From Chloroflexota bacterium (GTDB lineage Bacteria > Chloroflexota > UBA11872 > VXNJ01), in contig OZ253449.1 of the NCBI GenBank assembly GCA_965261345.1, positions 1,248,001-1,312,000 on the forward strand: a DNA stretch of 64,000 nt, given 5' to 3'. Numbering within the stretch: position 1 is the stretch's first letter; each line of letters opens with the position of its first letter. The notes beneath the pieces are model-generated. The model saw nothing but the letters and a program-made list of their open reading frames with translations, had not been told where the DNA came from and searched no databases. Position numbers and translations under genes: made by a program. Below, piece by piece: positions 48,699-59,394 of this stretch.

Positions 48699-50204
48699 AT
48701 GAGCAAACTTGATGGCCCTTGCGATCTATTGGAACTTTCGGCCAATTCGGCTCGCGAGGAATTGTTGCGATCGGAAAACTATTGCACTTTTGATTTGCCC
48801 GATTACTTCACGTTTTCCGCATTGATTGCAGACGCACACTCTGCTGTGACTGGAAAGACTCGACGGGAGGTAGGCAGCAGCAAAGCGCGTGATTATGAAG
48901 ACGTCAATTTTTTGGTCGCACACAACAAAGATGGGCGACTGGCGTGGCGCCCTTGGGCACTCGTCCATCCAGTCCTGTACGCGGCCTTGGTGGACGTGAT
49001 AACCATAGATGCGAATTGGGAGTTGATTCAACGGCGATTTTTCAAATTGAATTGCGAGCCCGATATTCGATGCTCCAGTCGTCCAGTTGTCGGAATGACT
49101 TCCAAAATGCGGAAGGATTTGGAAATCCACCGGTGGTGGGAGGGGGCAGAGCAGGCTTCAATCGAATTGGCGCTGCAATATTCTTACGTCGTGCATACCG
49201 ACGTCACCAACTGTTATCAATCTATTTACACGCATTCGATCGCCTGGGCAATTCACACAAAGGAAGTTGCTAGAGCGAATAAAGACGATCAACAATTGAT
49301 TGGAAATGTCATTGACAAATATTTGCAGGACATGTCCCTTGGGCAAACGAATGGAATTTGCCAAGGCTCGATATTGATGGATTTGATTGCCGAATGCGTT
49401 CTGGCTTACGCGGACGAGCAATTGGCATCGAATCTAAAGGGTAGCTACGATGGGAAATACAAGATCTTGCGACACCGCGATGATTACAGGATTTTTGTCA
49501 ATGATCCTAAATTGGGCGAAGAGATATTGAAAGCGCTTTCCGATGTGTTGAGAGCATTGGGAATGTCCCTAAACTCCGGCAAGACGGAAACCAGTGACGA
49601 CGTGATCGGGGCAGCGATTAAGCGTGACAAACTTGCGTGGCTTTGGCGCAATAAACCAGAGGGCGATCTGCAGAAAAAACTGTTGGCGTTACGGGCGCAT
49701 GGACTCGAGTATCCAAATGGCGGATCCGTAGAGACCGGGCTGCATGAATGCTACGAGAATTTCAATGGCGGGGTAATGGAGGGGGCAATTCTCCCGACGA
49801 TTGCCATCGTGGCGGATATCGCGGTTAGGAATCCGCGCGCCTATCCGATTGCGGCATCGCTAATCAGCTTGTTGATTGGGCAATTGGAGGAAGGGAGTGC
49901 TAAACAGGACGCAATGAGAGCCGTTGAGGATCGTTTTCGTCGCGTTCCGAAAGCGGAATTGATGCACGTTTGGGTAAATAGGGTCGGAATAAAGCTTGGA
50001 TATGACGCGTTCGCCGAATCTTCATTGTGCAAATCTGTCAGCAATGGGTCGGCGGAGATTTGGGCACACGATTGGATTTGCGATGCCCAACTGAAATCAA
50101 AAATGTTGAGTGGAACCATCGTTGACAAAATGCGGATTGCCGAGTTGCCAGAGATGGTGTCAAAAGAAGAGGTAGAGGAACTCACCTTTGTTTATGACGG
50201 ATAA
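48699..50204 (+). CDS. Defence-associated reverse transcriptase, DRT4/UG15-like
   Basis: NKDGRLAWRP, WWE..EQ.S, HTDVTNCYQSIYTHS, QTNGICQGS..MD..AE, ILRHRDDYRIF, LN..KT, helical C-terminus with NP..YP; resembles DRT4 as recalled, not searched. Confidence 0.82.
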   Translation: MSKLDGPCDLLELSANSAREELLRSENYCTFDLPDYFTFSALIADAHSAVTGKTRREVGSSKARDYEDVNFLVAHNKDGRLAWRPWALVHPVLYAALVDVITIDANWELIQRRFFKLNCEPDIRCSSRPVVGMTSKMRKDLEIHRWWEGAEQASIELALQYSYVVHTDVTNCYQSIYTHSIAWAIHTKEVARANKDDQQLIGNVIDKYLQDMSLGQTNGICQGSILMDLIAECVLAYADEQLASNLKGSYDGKYKILRHRDDYRIFVNDPKLGEEILKALSDVLRALGMSLNSGKTETSDDVIGAAIKRDKLAWLWRNKPEGDLQKKLLALRAHGLEYPNGGSVETGLHECYENFNGGVMEGAILPTIAIVADIAVRNPRAYPIAASLISLLIGQLEEGSAKQDAMRAVEDRFRRVPKAELMHVWVNRVGIKLGYDAFAESSLCKSVSNGSAEIWAHDWICDAQLKSKMLSGTIVDKMRIAELPEMVSKEEVEELTFVYDG

Positions 50205-50390
50205 ATTATTCGAAAAATCCGGGTTGTGACGTTTAAGTGATTGTCAGATGCAGATAGCGGTAGTGAATGCAACGAACCGTCGATTGGAAGTAAACATAAT
50301 CACGTTTATCTCTAATGCCTATCGACTCCGAATGAAGGACTGTCGATAGAGGGCCAGGCGGCCTTGCCGCTAAACGTTTAAGCCGTTACT

Positions 50391-50549
50391 GATCACGTCC
50401 CCTGGAGTGGTGTAAGAGCACCAGCTTGATCAACTAAGCCAACGCGATGACAAAGGGCCATCGTGTAAACCTCTACGGAGTCACTTCACTTACTTCGTCG
50501 AGGAACCATCGATGGCCCAACTTGATTATCAGACTTTGCTTGCCATTAT
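50391..50549 (+). mobile_element. Truncated IS256 left end plus transposase start
   Basis: Near-identical inverted copy of 53168-53326. Confidence 0.9.
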
Positions 50550-50582
50550 TGGCCGGCTCCCCCTCATTGGTACCAGAGGGAA
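50550..50582 (+). mobile_element. Isolated IS3 left inverted repeat
   Basis: TGGCCGGCTCCCCCTCATTGGTACCAGAGGGAA is identical to the reverse complement of 60727-60759. Confidence 0.88.
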
Positions 50583-51110
50583 GGGAAGAGAGCGCCGGTA
50601 TGGCTGGGGTGCGCGGGGCGACCAGATCAGCAACGTCCTGACAATCAAAGCGCTTCCCCTGGTCTAAGAGATTGGACAGGGCCTCATCGACATCGGCCTC
50701 CATGGTAGTGGCCGCCAATTGCAGGATGCGCAGGTAATTGACGTCGGCGCTGTGCTGACCGCGCCACTGGCAAAGCGCATCGTAGGCGCGGCGGAAGGTA
50801 AGGGTGGGGAAGAGCTGCTCGCGCCAGCGGTAGCGGGCAAAGGCGCCGGGCTCCAAGCACCAGCGATCCGATCACGTGGCGGTAATTGACGCGGGCCCGC
50901 AATGCTCCCGTGGCGCGCTCTAGGCGCTCGACCAATCGGCCCTTGTAGTACACGTCCAGGTGATCGGCATAGAGACGGACTTCCACCTTCTGTCCGATCA
51001 GGCGTGGTGGTACCGTGTAGGTGCGGCCCGAGATTTGGATGGTGCTCCATTTGCGCACCACCGCGCATTGACTCACTGTTTTTGTAACCCAAACAGGGCC
51101 GTTGCCTCAC
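50583..51110 (-). pseudogene. IS21 istA transposase C-terminal remnant (frameshifted)
   Basis: VRKWSTI...YTVP.RLIG..VEVRLY, NYRHVI.SLV, PGAFARYRWREQLFP, YLRIL.LAA. Confidence 0.85.
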
Positions 51111-51111
51111 T

Positions 51112-51455
51112 AGCAACCGTGTCAAAAGTCAAACCCGCCGGGGTGGGATCAGAGAGGGTCCGGGAGATAAGGGAGGAGTGAAATCAGCTCCCTTTGTCAG
51201 GCGCATACCCTGCAAAGACCCATGCGCTGGGTACGGCTTCGCCAGGGACCTTGCCGGGCGCCTTGCCCGGCGTTGACAAAAAGCAGATTGGCTTCAGACC
51301 ACCGGGTGCTCCCCGCGCCGGGGTCGCTCCGGATATCGCGGCCGGCTACGCGGGCGCCTGCTCCCGCCAGGGCTCACCGCGGCCGGCCACCGAGTTAAGG
51401 GCGATCAACAGCTTGCGCATGCAGGCGGTCAACGCCACCTTTTTTGGCTTACGAA
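51112..51455 (-). mobile_element. IS110 remnant (transposase C-terminus plus right end)
   Basis: [19 protein letters not shown]; right end TTGACTTTTGACACGGTTGCT resembles 54775-54795. Confidence 0.82.
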
Positions 51456-51475
51456 CGGCCAGTCTAACTGGCATT

Positions 51476-51574
51476 GGACAGCGGGTGAAAGTCCCGCATG
51501 CTGAAAGGAAAGGAGCCAATCCGCAGCACTCCGCGAGTCATGCGTGACCGGTCGCGAGGCCGGGCATGAAGCGT
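51476..51574 (+). ncRNA. Group II intron 5'/domain I remnant
   Basis: GCGGGTGAAAGTCCCGC hairpin...GAAAGGAG...CGAGTCATGCG..CCGGTCGCGAGGCCGG..TGAAGCGTGGAC, a pattern resembling bacterial group II intron domain I; cut by the IS256 end. Confidence 0.5.
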
Positions 51575-53326
51575 GGACGTGTCCCACGGTGTGGTGTAAC
51601 TAAGCCGTCCTCTACGTTTAGGGGTTCGGCAGCTGCAACTCTACAGAGTTGCAGCTGCCGGCAGGGCCGGCAGATGGTTGCTGGGGCTTGCTGGGGGAGT
51701 TTCGAGTCCTTGGCTGTGACGGCGACTGCCGGTAAGGCGTCCATCATTTTGCCAGTTGCGACCATGGCGCGGTCGTGGTCATATGGGCTTCCATGGGTCC
51801 GAAGGCCGGCCCCGGCCCGTAACGGCTCGCATTCGGGCTCACCGGGCCGGGTTTGTTGGGAAAGTCGGCCCAATTCGACGCTAGTGATCCTTATTTAGGC
51901 CCAGCTAGCGCCAAGCCGGGCGCACGACCTTCCATTTCCCTGGAGGGCGCTACGGCCCCCGGCGGCGGTTGCTACCCCGCCGGCAATGCCAGCGGGGACT
52001 GCCTCTCTCCCGGAGATGGGGGTTGGCCGATTAAGGCCATCGAGTGCCTGGACATATAGCGGCGCTCGGATGCGAGCCATTCGTCGTTCTGCTCAATTAG
52101 GACCGCTCCGATAAGGCGCAGGACCGAGTCATCGTCGGGGAAGAGCTGTACTACCCGGGTGCGGCGCTTTAGCTCGCCCATAACGCGCTCTAGGGGATTG
52201 GTGGACCAGATCTTGCGCCAGTGCGAAGGCGGGAAGGCGGTGTAGGCAGTCAGGGCGATCTCGGAGTCCTCGAGGATCGTGGACAGTTCCGGATACTTGC
52301 GCTCTAAGCGATCGGCGAAATCTCCGAAGGCGTCCATGGCGCTCTGCTTGTCAGCCTGCCCAAACAGCGACGCCAGTCCGGCTGCCACCAGCCCGCGGTC
52401 GCCGCTTCTGACCCTTGGTAGAAGATTGCGCCCAAAGTGTGTCCTGCACGTCTGCCAGGCGGCCTCGGGAATAAGCTTTGTCACCGCGTTGCCGATGGCT
52501 TGGTTCCCATCGGAGATCACCAGCCGCACGCCGGATAGACCGCGCGTTACCAGGGAGGCGAGCAAGTCCTCCCCGAAGCCCTGCGCTTCGCTGTGGCCGA
52601 TTGCAAGCCCCAGCAGCTCGCGATGGCCGTTCTCGTTTACGGCCATTGCTATGCCCACCGCCCGCGACCTTACCGCATGCGCGTTTCGGGCTTTTACGTA
52701 GGTGGCGTCGAGATAGAGGTACGGGAAGGTCGTATGCGAGAGATCGCGTTCGCGGAAGGCATTGACCAGCTCGTCGATGCCTTTGCAGATCCTTGACACC
52801 TCGGACCTGGAGATCCCGGCGTTTACTCCCATCGCCTCCACCAGCTTGTCGACCTTGCGGGTGGAGACGCCCTTGCTGTAGGCGGTCATGATGACGCCGT
52901 AGAGGGCCTGGTCGATGCGGCGCCGCCGCTCCAAGAACTCGGGGTAGTAGCTGCCTTGGCGCAGCTTGGGCAGGGCAATCTCGATGTCGCCCGCCCGGGT
53001 GGAGAGGGTGCGCTTGCGCGAGCCGCCAAAGCCGATTGCGACGCTCGCCGTTGCGCTCGTGCGGTTGGGCGCCGATGTTTTCGGCCAGGCCGGCGTCAAT
53101 AAGTTCCTGGTAGGCGTGCCGTACGGCGCTGCGGACGAATTCGCTGCTGTCAAACCCTTGCTTGGCGATAAGGGCAAGCAAGGTCTGATAATCAAGTTGG
53201 GCCATCGATGGTTCCTCGACGAAGTAAGTGAAGTGACTCCGTAGAGGTTTACACGATGGCCCTTTGTCATCGCGTTGGCTTAGTTGATCAAGCTGGTGCT
53301 CTTACACCACTCTAGGGGACGTGATC
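51575..53326 (-). mobile_element. IS256-family element with frameshifted transposase
   Basis: Imperfect IRs GATCACGTCCCCTAGAGTGGTGTAA / GGACGTGTCCCACGGTGTGGTGTAA. Transposase starts near 53207 (MAQLDY) and shifts frame near 53030 into GVSTRKV, YLDATYVK, ISDG, STNPLER; stop at 51972; no TSD seen. Confidence 0.9.
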
Positions 53327-53382
53327 CCGCCGCACCCAGCGCTACGTCCCAAAACCCGATCCGAAAGAGGACAACCTCGTAG

Positions 53383-54570
<1,188 letters not shown>

Positions 54571-55564
54571 ACGCCTTGTAGGTCCCGACCGCTCTGCGAG
54601 CAAGGTCCCGGGCGAAGCCCTTGTCCGGGATCGGGCTCTCGCGGCGATTCCGCATCCGGTTACCGCTTCTCGATCGAGCCCGATCGGGGCTGCGTTCGCT
54701 ATGAACCGCGGTCGGGGCGCTGGATATCTCCTCCCCTATCTCCCCCGGACCCCTCTCATCCCACCTCTACGCATTTGACATTCAAGACGATTGCTATGGC
54801 TACAAGCGCATCACCGCCCTGCTTAAACGCTCGGGCTGGAAACTGAACCGCAAGCGGGTCCTGCGCATCTGGCGCCGGGAGGGACTATAAAGTCCCGATC
54901 CGGAGCGCCAAGCAGTCGCGCCGCTGGCTCGAGGGCGGGAGATCAACCCGCCTTATCTCCGAGCGTCCCAACCACGTCTGGGCCTACGACTTCGCCTACG
55001 CGCGCACCGAGGACGGCCGGCCCCTGCGGATCCTGACCGTAGTCGACGAGTTCACCCGCCAATCCTTAGCGGTAAGGGTCGAGCATACGTTCCCTGCCCG
55101 CGGCGTGATCGAGACAATCGCCGACCTCATGCTCGCCCACGGGGTCCCCGGGCACATCCGCTCTGGCAACGGTCCCGAATTTACTGCCCACAGCGATACG
55201 GAAATGTCTATCGGCAAATCAGGTCAAGACCGTCTACATCAAGCCCGGCGCCCCCTGGGAGAACGCCTATGCGGAATCGTTCATCTCCAGGCTCCGGGAC
55301 GAGCTCCCGACCGCGAGATCTTCTACACGCTCGTAGAAGCCAGGGTGATGCTGGAACGCTTCCGGATCGACTACAGCACCGTGCGTCCACACTCAGCGCT
55401 CGGTTACCTATCGCCCCTGGAAGCCATCGAGGCGGCGGCGTGAGGGATCAACTGCCGGTCGCAATCCGGCTGCTGCTGGCCGGCCCAAAAATCAGCCTCG
55501 CCGCCAACAAGACAATGTCTCAAACCAACTGGTACCAAAACCGGGGACCTGCCAATCGACGAAT

Positions 55565-55934
55565 TTGGCATGTGGAATTACGACCGCGATGCCCTTCTTC
55601 TCGCTGATCTCAGAACGTTACCTAAGGAGCGGCACCATCCTTACATCCAACAAAGGCATCGCCGATTGGGGTGATGTCCTGGGAGATCACGCCGTAGCCT
55701 CCGCGATCGTCGATCGCATGCTCCACCACTGCCATACCATCACCATAAAGGGAAGCAGCTACCGACTAAAAGAAAAGCGCCGGGCCGGTTTGATTGCACC
55801 GGTTTCTGCTCCAGTCGTGGACAAAGACCAGATCCTGGCCGACGATTCCTAACTCAAACCAAAACTAGACTGGCGAAAGCGAGGTGACAACTACAAGTGA
55901 GACCGCGTGGGTCAAGTTGAAACAGCCCCTGACA
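55565..55934 (+). pseudogene. IS21 istB C-terminal remnant and right end
   Basis: LISERY..TILTSNK..WG.V.GD..ASAIVDRMLHH...GSSYRLK; terminal ...CCCCTGACA. Confidence 0.85.
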
Positions 55935-56260
55935 ATTTTGCCGAGTCCAATGGCGACAACAGAGGCATTTGTGAGTAGATCCGCAGCTTCACCCAAGGGC
56001 AAACTGAGGGCTAAAAACGCCTAACAATTCCACTCGAAAGTTCCGGAATTTCCACAGCTATGCGGGTGCAATTTCGATCGCCTTCAATTGTTTTGCGGCC
56101 AGTTGCCGACGTGGATGGAAGTCCGCATTCCAGTTAAGCCAAATGTCGATTGTGGATAAGGCGGTCATGGACCGACTCCAATCGGCCTTAATGGTTCAAT
56201 GACCGGCATTGCAATTGGAACGTGGGTGCGAACTGACAATTCGGTAACTACAATATCGTA

Positions 56261-56569
56261 ATGGCTTTTTGTGATCTATTGCGGTGGGAATGGGACCTTG
56301 CAAAAGAACAGGTCAACATTCGCAGACATGGAATCGGGTTCGGGACCGCAATCAAAGTCTTTCAAGACCCCTTAGCTGCAACTCGCTCGGATCCGCATAA
56401 AGAGGAACGGCGATTGCGAACAATTGGGGTCATTGGGAATGTGACCGTCTTAGTCGTCCACACAGTTCCCGAATACGACGAAATCACTGCAACAGCGGTG
56501 GGTTGGATCATCAGTGCCAGGAAAGCAACAGCCGGAGAGAGGAATGCATGTGAAACAGAAGCGAACTAA
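56261..56569 (+). CDS. BrnT-family toxin
   Basis: WEWD.AK...N..HGIGF, EER..TIG, LVVHT, IISARKAT. Confidence 0.88.
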   Translation: MAFCDLLRWEWDLAKEQVNIRRHGIGFGTAIKVFQDPLAATRSDPHKEERRLRTIGVIGNVTVLVVHTVPEYDEITATAVGWIISARKATAGERNACETEAN

Positions 56570-56828
56570 GCCCGTGGAGCAATGCGAAAGCGAAATTGCG
56601 CGATTGGCGAACTTGCCGGACGACCAGATCGATACGACGGATATTCCAGAAATACTCGATTGGTCGGACGCTCGTAGAGGCGTGTTTTATCGGCCTTTAA
56701 AGCAACAGATAACACTGCGATTGGATGCGGACGTCATCGCGTGGTTCAAAGCGCATGCGCCGAACGGCCGCGGATATCAAACGCACATTAATCGCGCGTT
56801 ACGAGAGCATGTTATGCGATCGCGCTAG
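56550..56828 (+). CDS. BrnA-family antitoxin
   Basis: IDTTDIPE, KQQITLRLDADVIAWFK...GYQTHINRALR; overlaps the toxin gene. Confidence 0.9.
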   Translation: MKQKRTKPVEQCESEIARLANLPDDQIDTTDIPEILDWSDARRGVFYRPLKQQITLRLDADVIAWFKAHAPNGRGYQTHINRALREHVMRSR

Positions 56829-56998
56829 CTTAATGTCCAAGCCGCGATCGTGAAACCAAAACAATCGTTTCAATTTATCGATTTGTCCGGCACCACGATC
56901 ACGATAGTTCAGCCATTGAATTCGCGGAAGGGAAGACCGTCACCGATCCCTCCGCACAGATCCGGAAGTGCCCGTTAGCGAATCCGAACTTACCTAAT

Positions 56999-57220
56999 GT
57001 GGTTGACGGCAAAGCGCGCGGCGCGCCATGTGTGGAAGATGGGGGATTGGGGCAAGAACTGATCAAACGGCGCTTGGAACGGGACGGGTGGTACTTGGAT
57101 CGTCACGGGTCAAATCACGACATATATTGCCATCCAACGATTGCGGGGATCATCACTTTGCCTCGCCACCAGGCCTTGTCAATTGGTTTCGCCGGGACAA
57201 TCGCGTCTAAAGCACGTTAG
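56999..57220 (+). CDS. HicA-family toxin (termini possibly degenerate)
   Basis: LERDGW...HGSNHDIY.HP...TLPRH; start uncertain (TTG 57047). Confidence 0.75.
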   Translation: MVDGKARGAPCVEDGGLGQELIKRRLERDGWYLDRHGSNHDIYCHPTIAGIITLPRHQALSIGFAGTIASKAR

Positions 57221-57238
57221 GAGAACTAGGCTGCAAAC

Positions 57239-57646
57239 ATGAATCGGTATCCTGCCCTAATTGATGGCAGTGCTGGAGCTTACGGAGTCGTATTCCCCGA
57301 CGTACCGGGCAATTGCGCCATGGGAAACACGATTGACGAAGCGCTATTGGATGGCGAAGACGCGCTTCACGATTACGCAGTTGAAACCAGGCGCGACGGT
57401 GTTTCGCTTACTGAACCGACTCCATTGGAATCAATTGAAACTTCAACGGGTACCAAATTGGTGTCCATTCCTCCAATTGAGCCTTCCGCGAAGAGTGTTC
57501 GGGCCAGCCTAACGTTAGACGCAAGCGTAGCTGAATTCATCGACAACGAAGCTCGGCGCCGAGGGATGACTAGGAAGTCGTACATAACCTGGATGGCCCG
57601 GCGTTTCGCAGCAAAAAAGGGGGATGAATTATTGGGTCAGTCTTGA
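57239..57646 (+). CDS. HicB-family antitoxin
   Basis: YGVVFPDVPG..AMGNTIDEAL, RHH-like C-terminus. Confidence 0.87.
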   Translation: MNRYPALIDGSAGAYGVVFPDVPGNCAMGNTIDEALLDGEDALHDYAVETRRDGVSLTEPTPLESIETSTGTKLVSIPPIEPSAKSVRASLTLDASVAEFIDNEARRRGMTRKSYITWMARRFAAKKGDELLGQS

Positions 57647-57855
57647 TCCCAAAAGTGCCCAATTTCGACTGAGACTCTGAACCCGTCGATCAGTTAGACA
57701 AAGATCTCCCGGATGTGGCGCTGATAGAAGATTTACCAGCGCAGGCTAATCGTTATGCAGTTTGTCTCTCGTAGATCGGCCGGCGCGTTGCTTCCGTAAC
57801 CCTGCTGAGAGGGCCCGGTCGTTTGCCAGGTTTGCCGCAAAGGCTATCCTGACCC

Positions 57856-59181
57856 ATGGCCCGAACGCGACCTCTCTCCGATTTCGGCATGCGTGGCATG
57901 TTTGACGACGCATCCGATGTGGACCGCACCGCGCCGTTGGCCGCACGGATGCGGCCTCGCACCCTGGACGAGATCGTCGGGCAGGTCCATCTGGTCGGAC
58001 CGGACGCCCCGCTCCGACGGGCGATTGAGGCCGATTCGCTCCCCTCTTGCATCCTCTGGGGACCGCCGGGCAGCGGGAAGACCTCAATGGCCCAGGTCAT
58101 TGCCCGCCTCACCGAAGCCCGATTCGCAACCGTTTCAGCCGTATCCAGCGGCGTTGCCCAATTGCGCAAGGTCATCGCCGCCGCCGAGATCCACCGCCGC
58201 GATCGGCGCGTCCCTACAACCCTCTTTATAGACGAGATACATCGTTTCAATAAGGCCCAGCAGGACGCCGTTCTGCCCGCCGTCGAGGACGGCACTATCA
58301 CCCTGATTGGCGCGACCACCGAAAACCCGTCCTTTGAAGTTGTGGCTCCGCTGCTCAGCCGGGCGCGCGTTTTCAAACTCGAACTGCTCGAGCGTGACGA
58401 CATCAAAGTTCTGCTGCGCCGCGCCATCGTGGATGACCAGCGTGGACTGGGCGCGGACAGGCCGCAGATCGAAGACGATGCAATCGATGCTCTGGCGACG
58501 CTCGGCGCCGGCGACGCGCGGGTCGCGCTTAACACGCTTGAGGCTGCAGCCCGCGATGCCGCGGCCCAGGGACAAGCGGTCACTGTCGAGACCATCATCG
58601 CGGTTGCCCAGAGAGCCCTGCCCTACGACAAGGGCGGGGATGCCCACTTCGACACCATCTCCGCCTTCATCAAGTCAGTTCGCGGCTCTGATCCGCACGC
58701 CGCGGTCTACTGGCTCGCGAGGATGCTTGAGGCGGGCGAGGACCCCATGTTCGTTGCTCGACGCATCGTCATCCTCGCTTCCGAGGACGTCGGTCTTGCC
58801 GATCCCCGGGCACTATCCGTGGCCGTCGCCGCGCAACAAGCTACGCATTTGATCGGCATGCCTGAGTGTTCGCTTGTCCTCTCCGAAGCCGCCATTTACC
58901 TGGCCCGCGCGCCCAAGAGCAACTCTGCGACGAAGGCCTACGCCGCCGCCGCCGCCGCGGTTCGTGAGCTTGGTGCATTGCCGGTCCCGCTCCACCTGCG
59001 CAACGCTGCCACCAGCCTAATGGCCAACCATGGTTATGGCCGCGGTTACCAGTACGCACATGACTACGAGGGCGCGGTTGCCCCCAACCAGCAGCATTTG
59101 CCGGACGCTCTGCGCGACTCAAAGTTTTACGAGCCAACTGAACGCGACACGAGTTCCGGCACCCGGGATTTAGACCGCTAA
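57856..59181 (+). CDS. rarA: Replication-associated recombination protein A
   Basis: PLAARMRP, GPPGSGKT, DEIHRFNKAQQD, ISAFIKSVRGSD, VPLHLRNA. Confidence 0.96.
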   Translation: MARTRPLSDFGMRGMFDDASDVDRTAPLAARMRPRTLDEIVGQVHLVGPDAPLRRAIEADSLPSCILWGPPGSGKTSMAQVIARLTEARFATVSAVSSGVAQLRKVIAAAEIHRRDRRVPTTLFIDEIHRFNKAQQDAVLPAVEDGTITLIGATTENPSFEVVAPLLSRARVFKLELLERDDIKVLLRRAIVDDQRGLGADRPQIEDDAIDALATLGAGDARVALNTLEAAARDAAAQGQAVTVETIIAVAQRALPYDKGGDAHFDTISAFIKSVRGSDPHAAVYWLARMLEAGEDPMFVARRIVILASEDVGLADPRALSVAVAAQQATHLIGMPECSLVLSEAAIYLARAPKSNSATKAYAAAAAAVRELGALPVPLHLRNAATSLMANHGYGRGYQYAHDYEGAVAPNQQHLPDALRDSKFYEPTERDTSSGTRDLDR

Positions 59182-59394
59182 GGCACGGGCGATCCTTCGG
59201 GGGCCACTCCGCCGATGTCACCCACGCGATTGCGGTAACGCTTCAATGATTGGCACCGGTGCCACGGGTTCAGGTGCCTGCTGGCGCACGCGACCGGTCT
59301 ACTTGGCCGAAGAATTCGGTGAGATAGGCGTACGCTTGGCCACTGCCATTGCCCACCGGTCATACGGTCGGCAATCCCCCCGCCCCGCAGCTTG

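Noticed and set aside
48699-50204. RT as retron, DGR or group II intron maturase
   Set aside because: No VTG/NAxxH motifs, msr-msd inverted repeats, TR/VR pair, avd gene or intron domain V/VI seen
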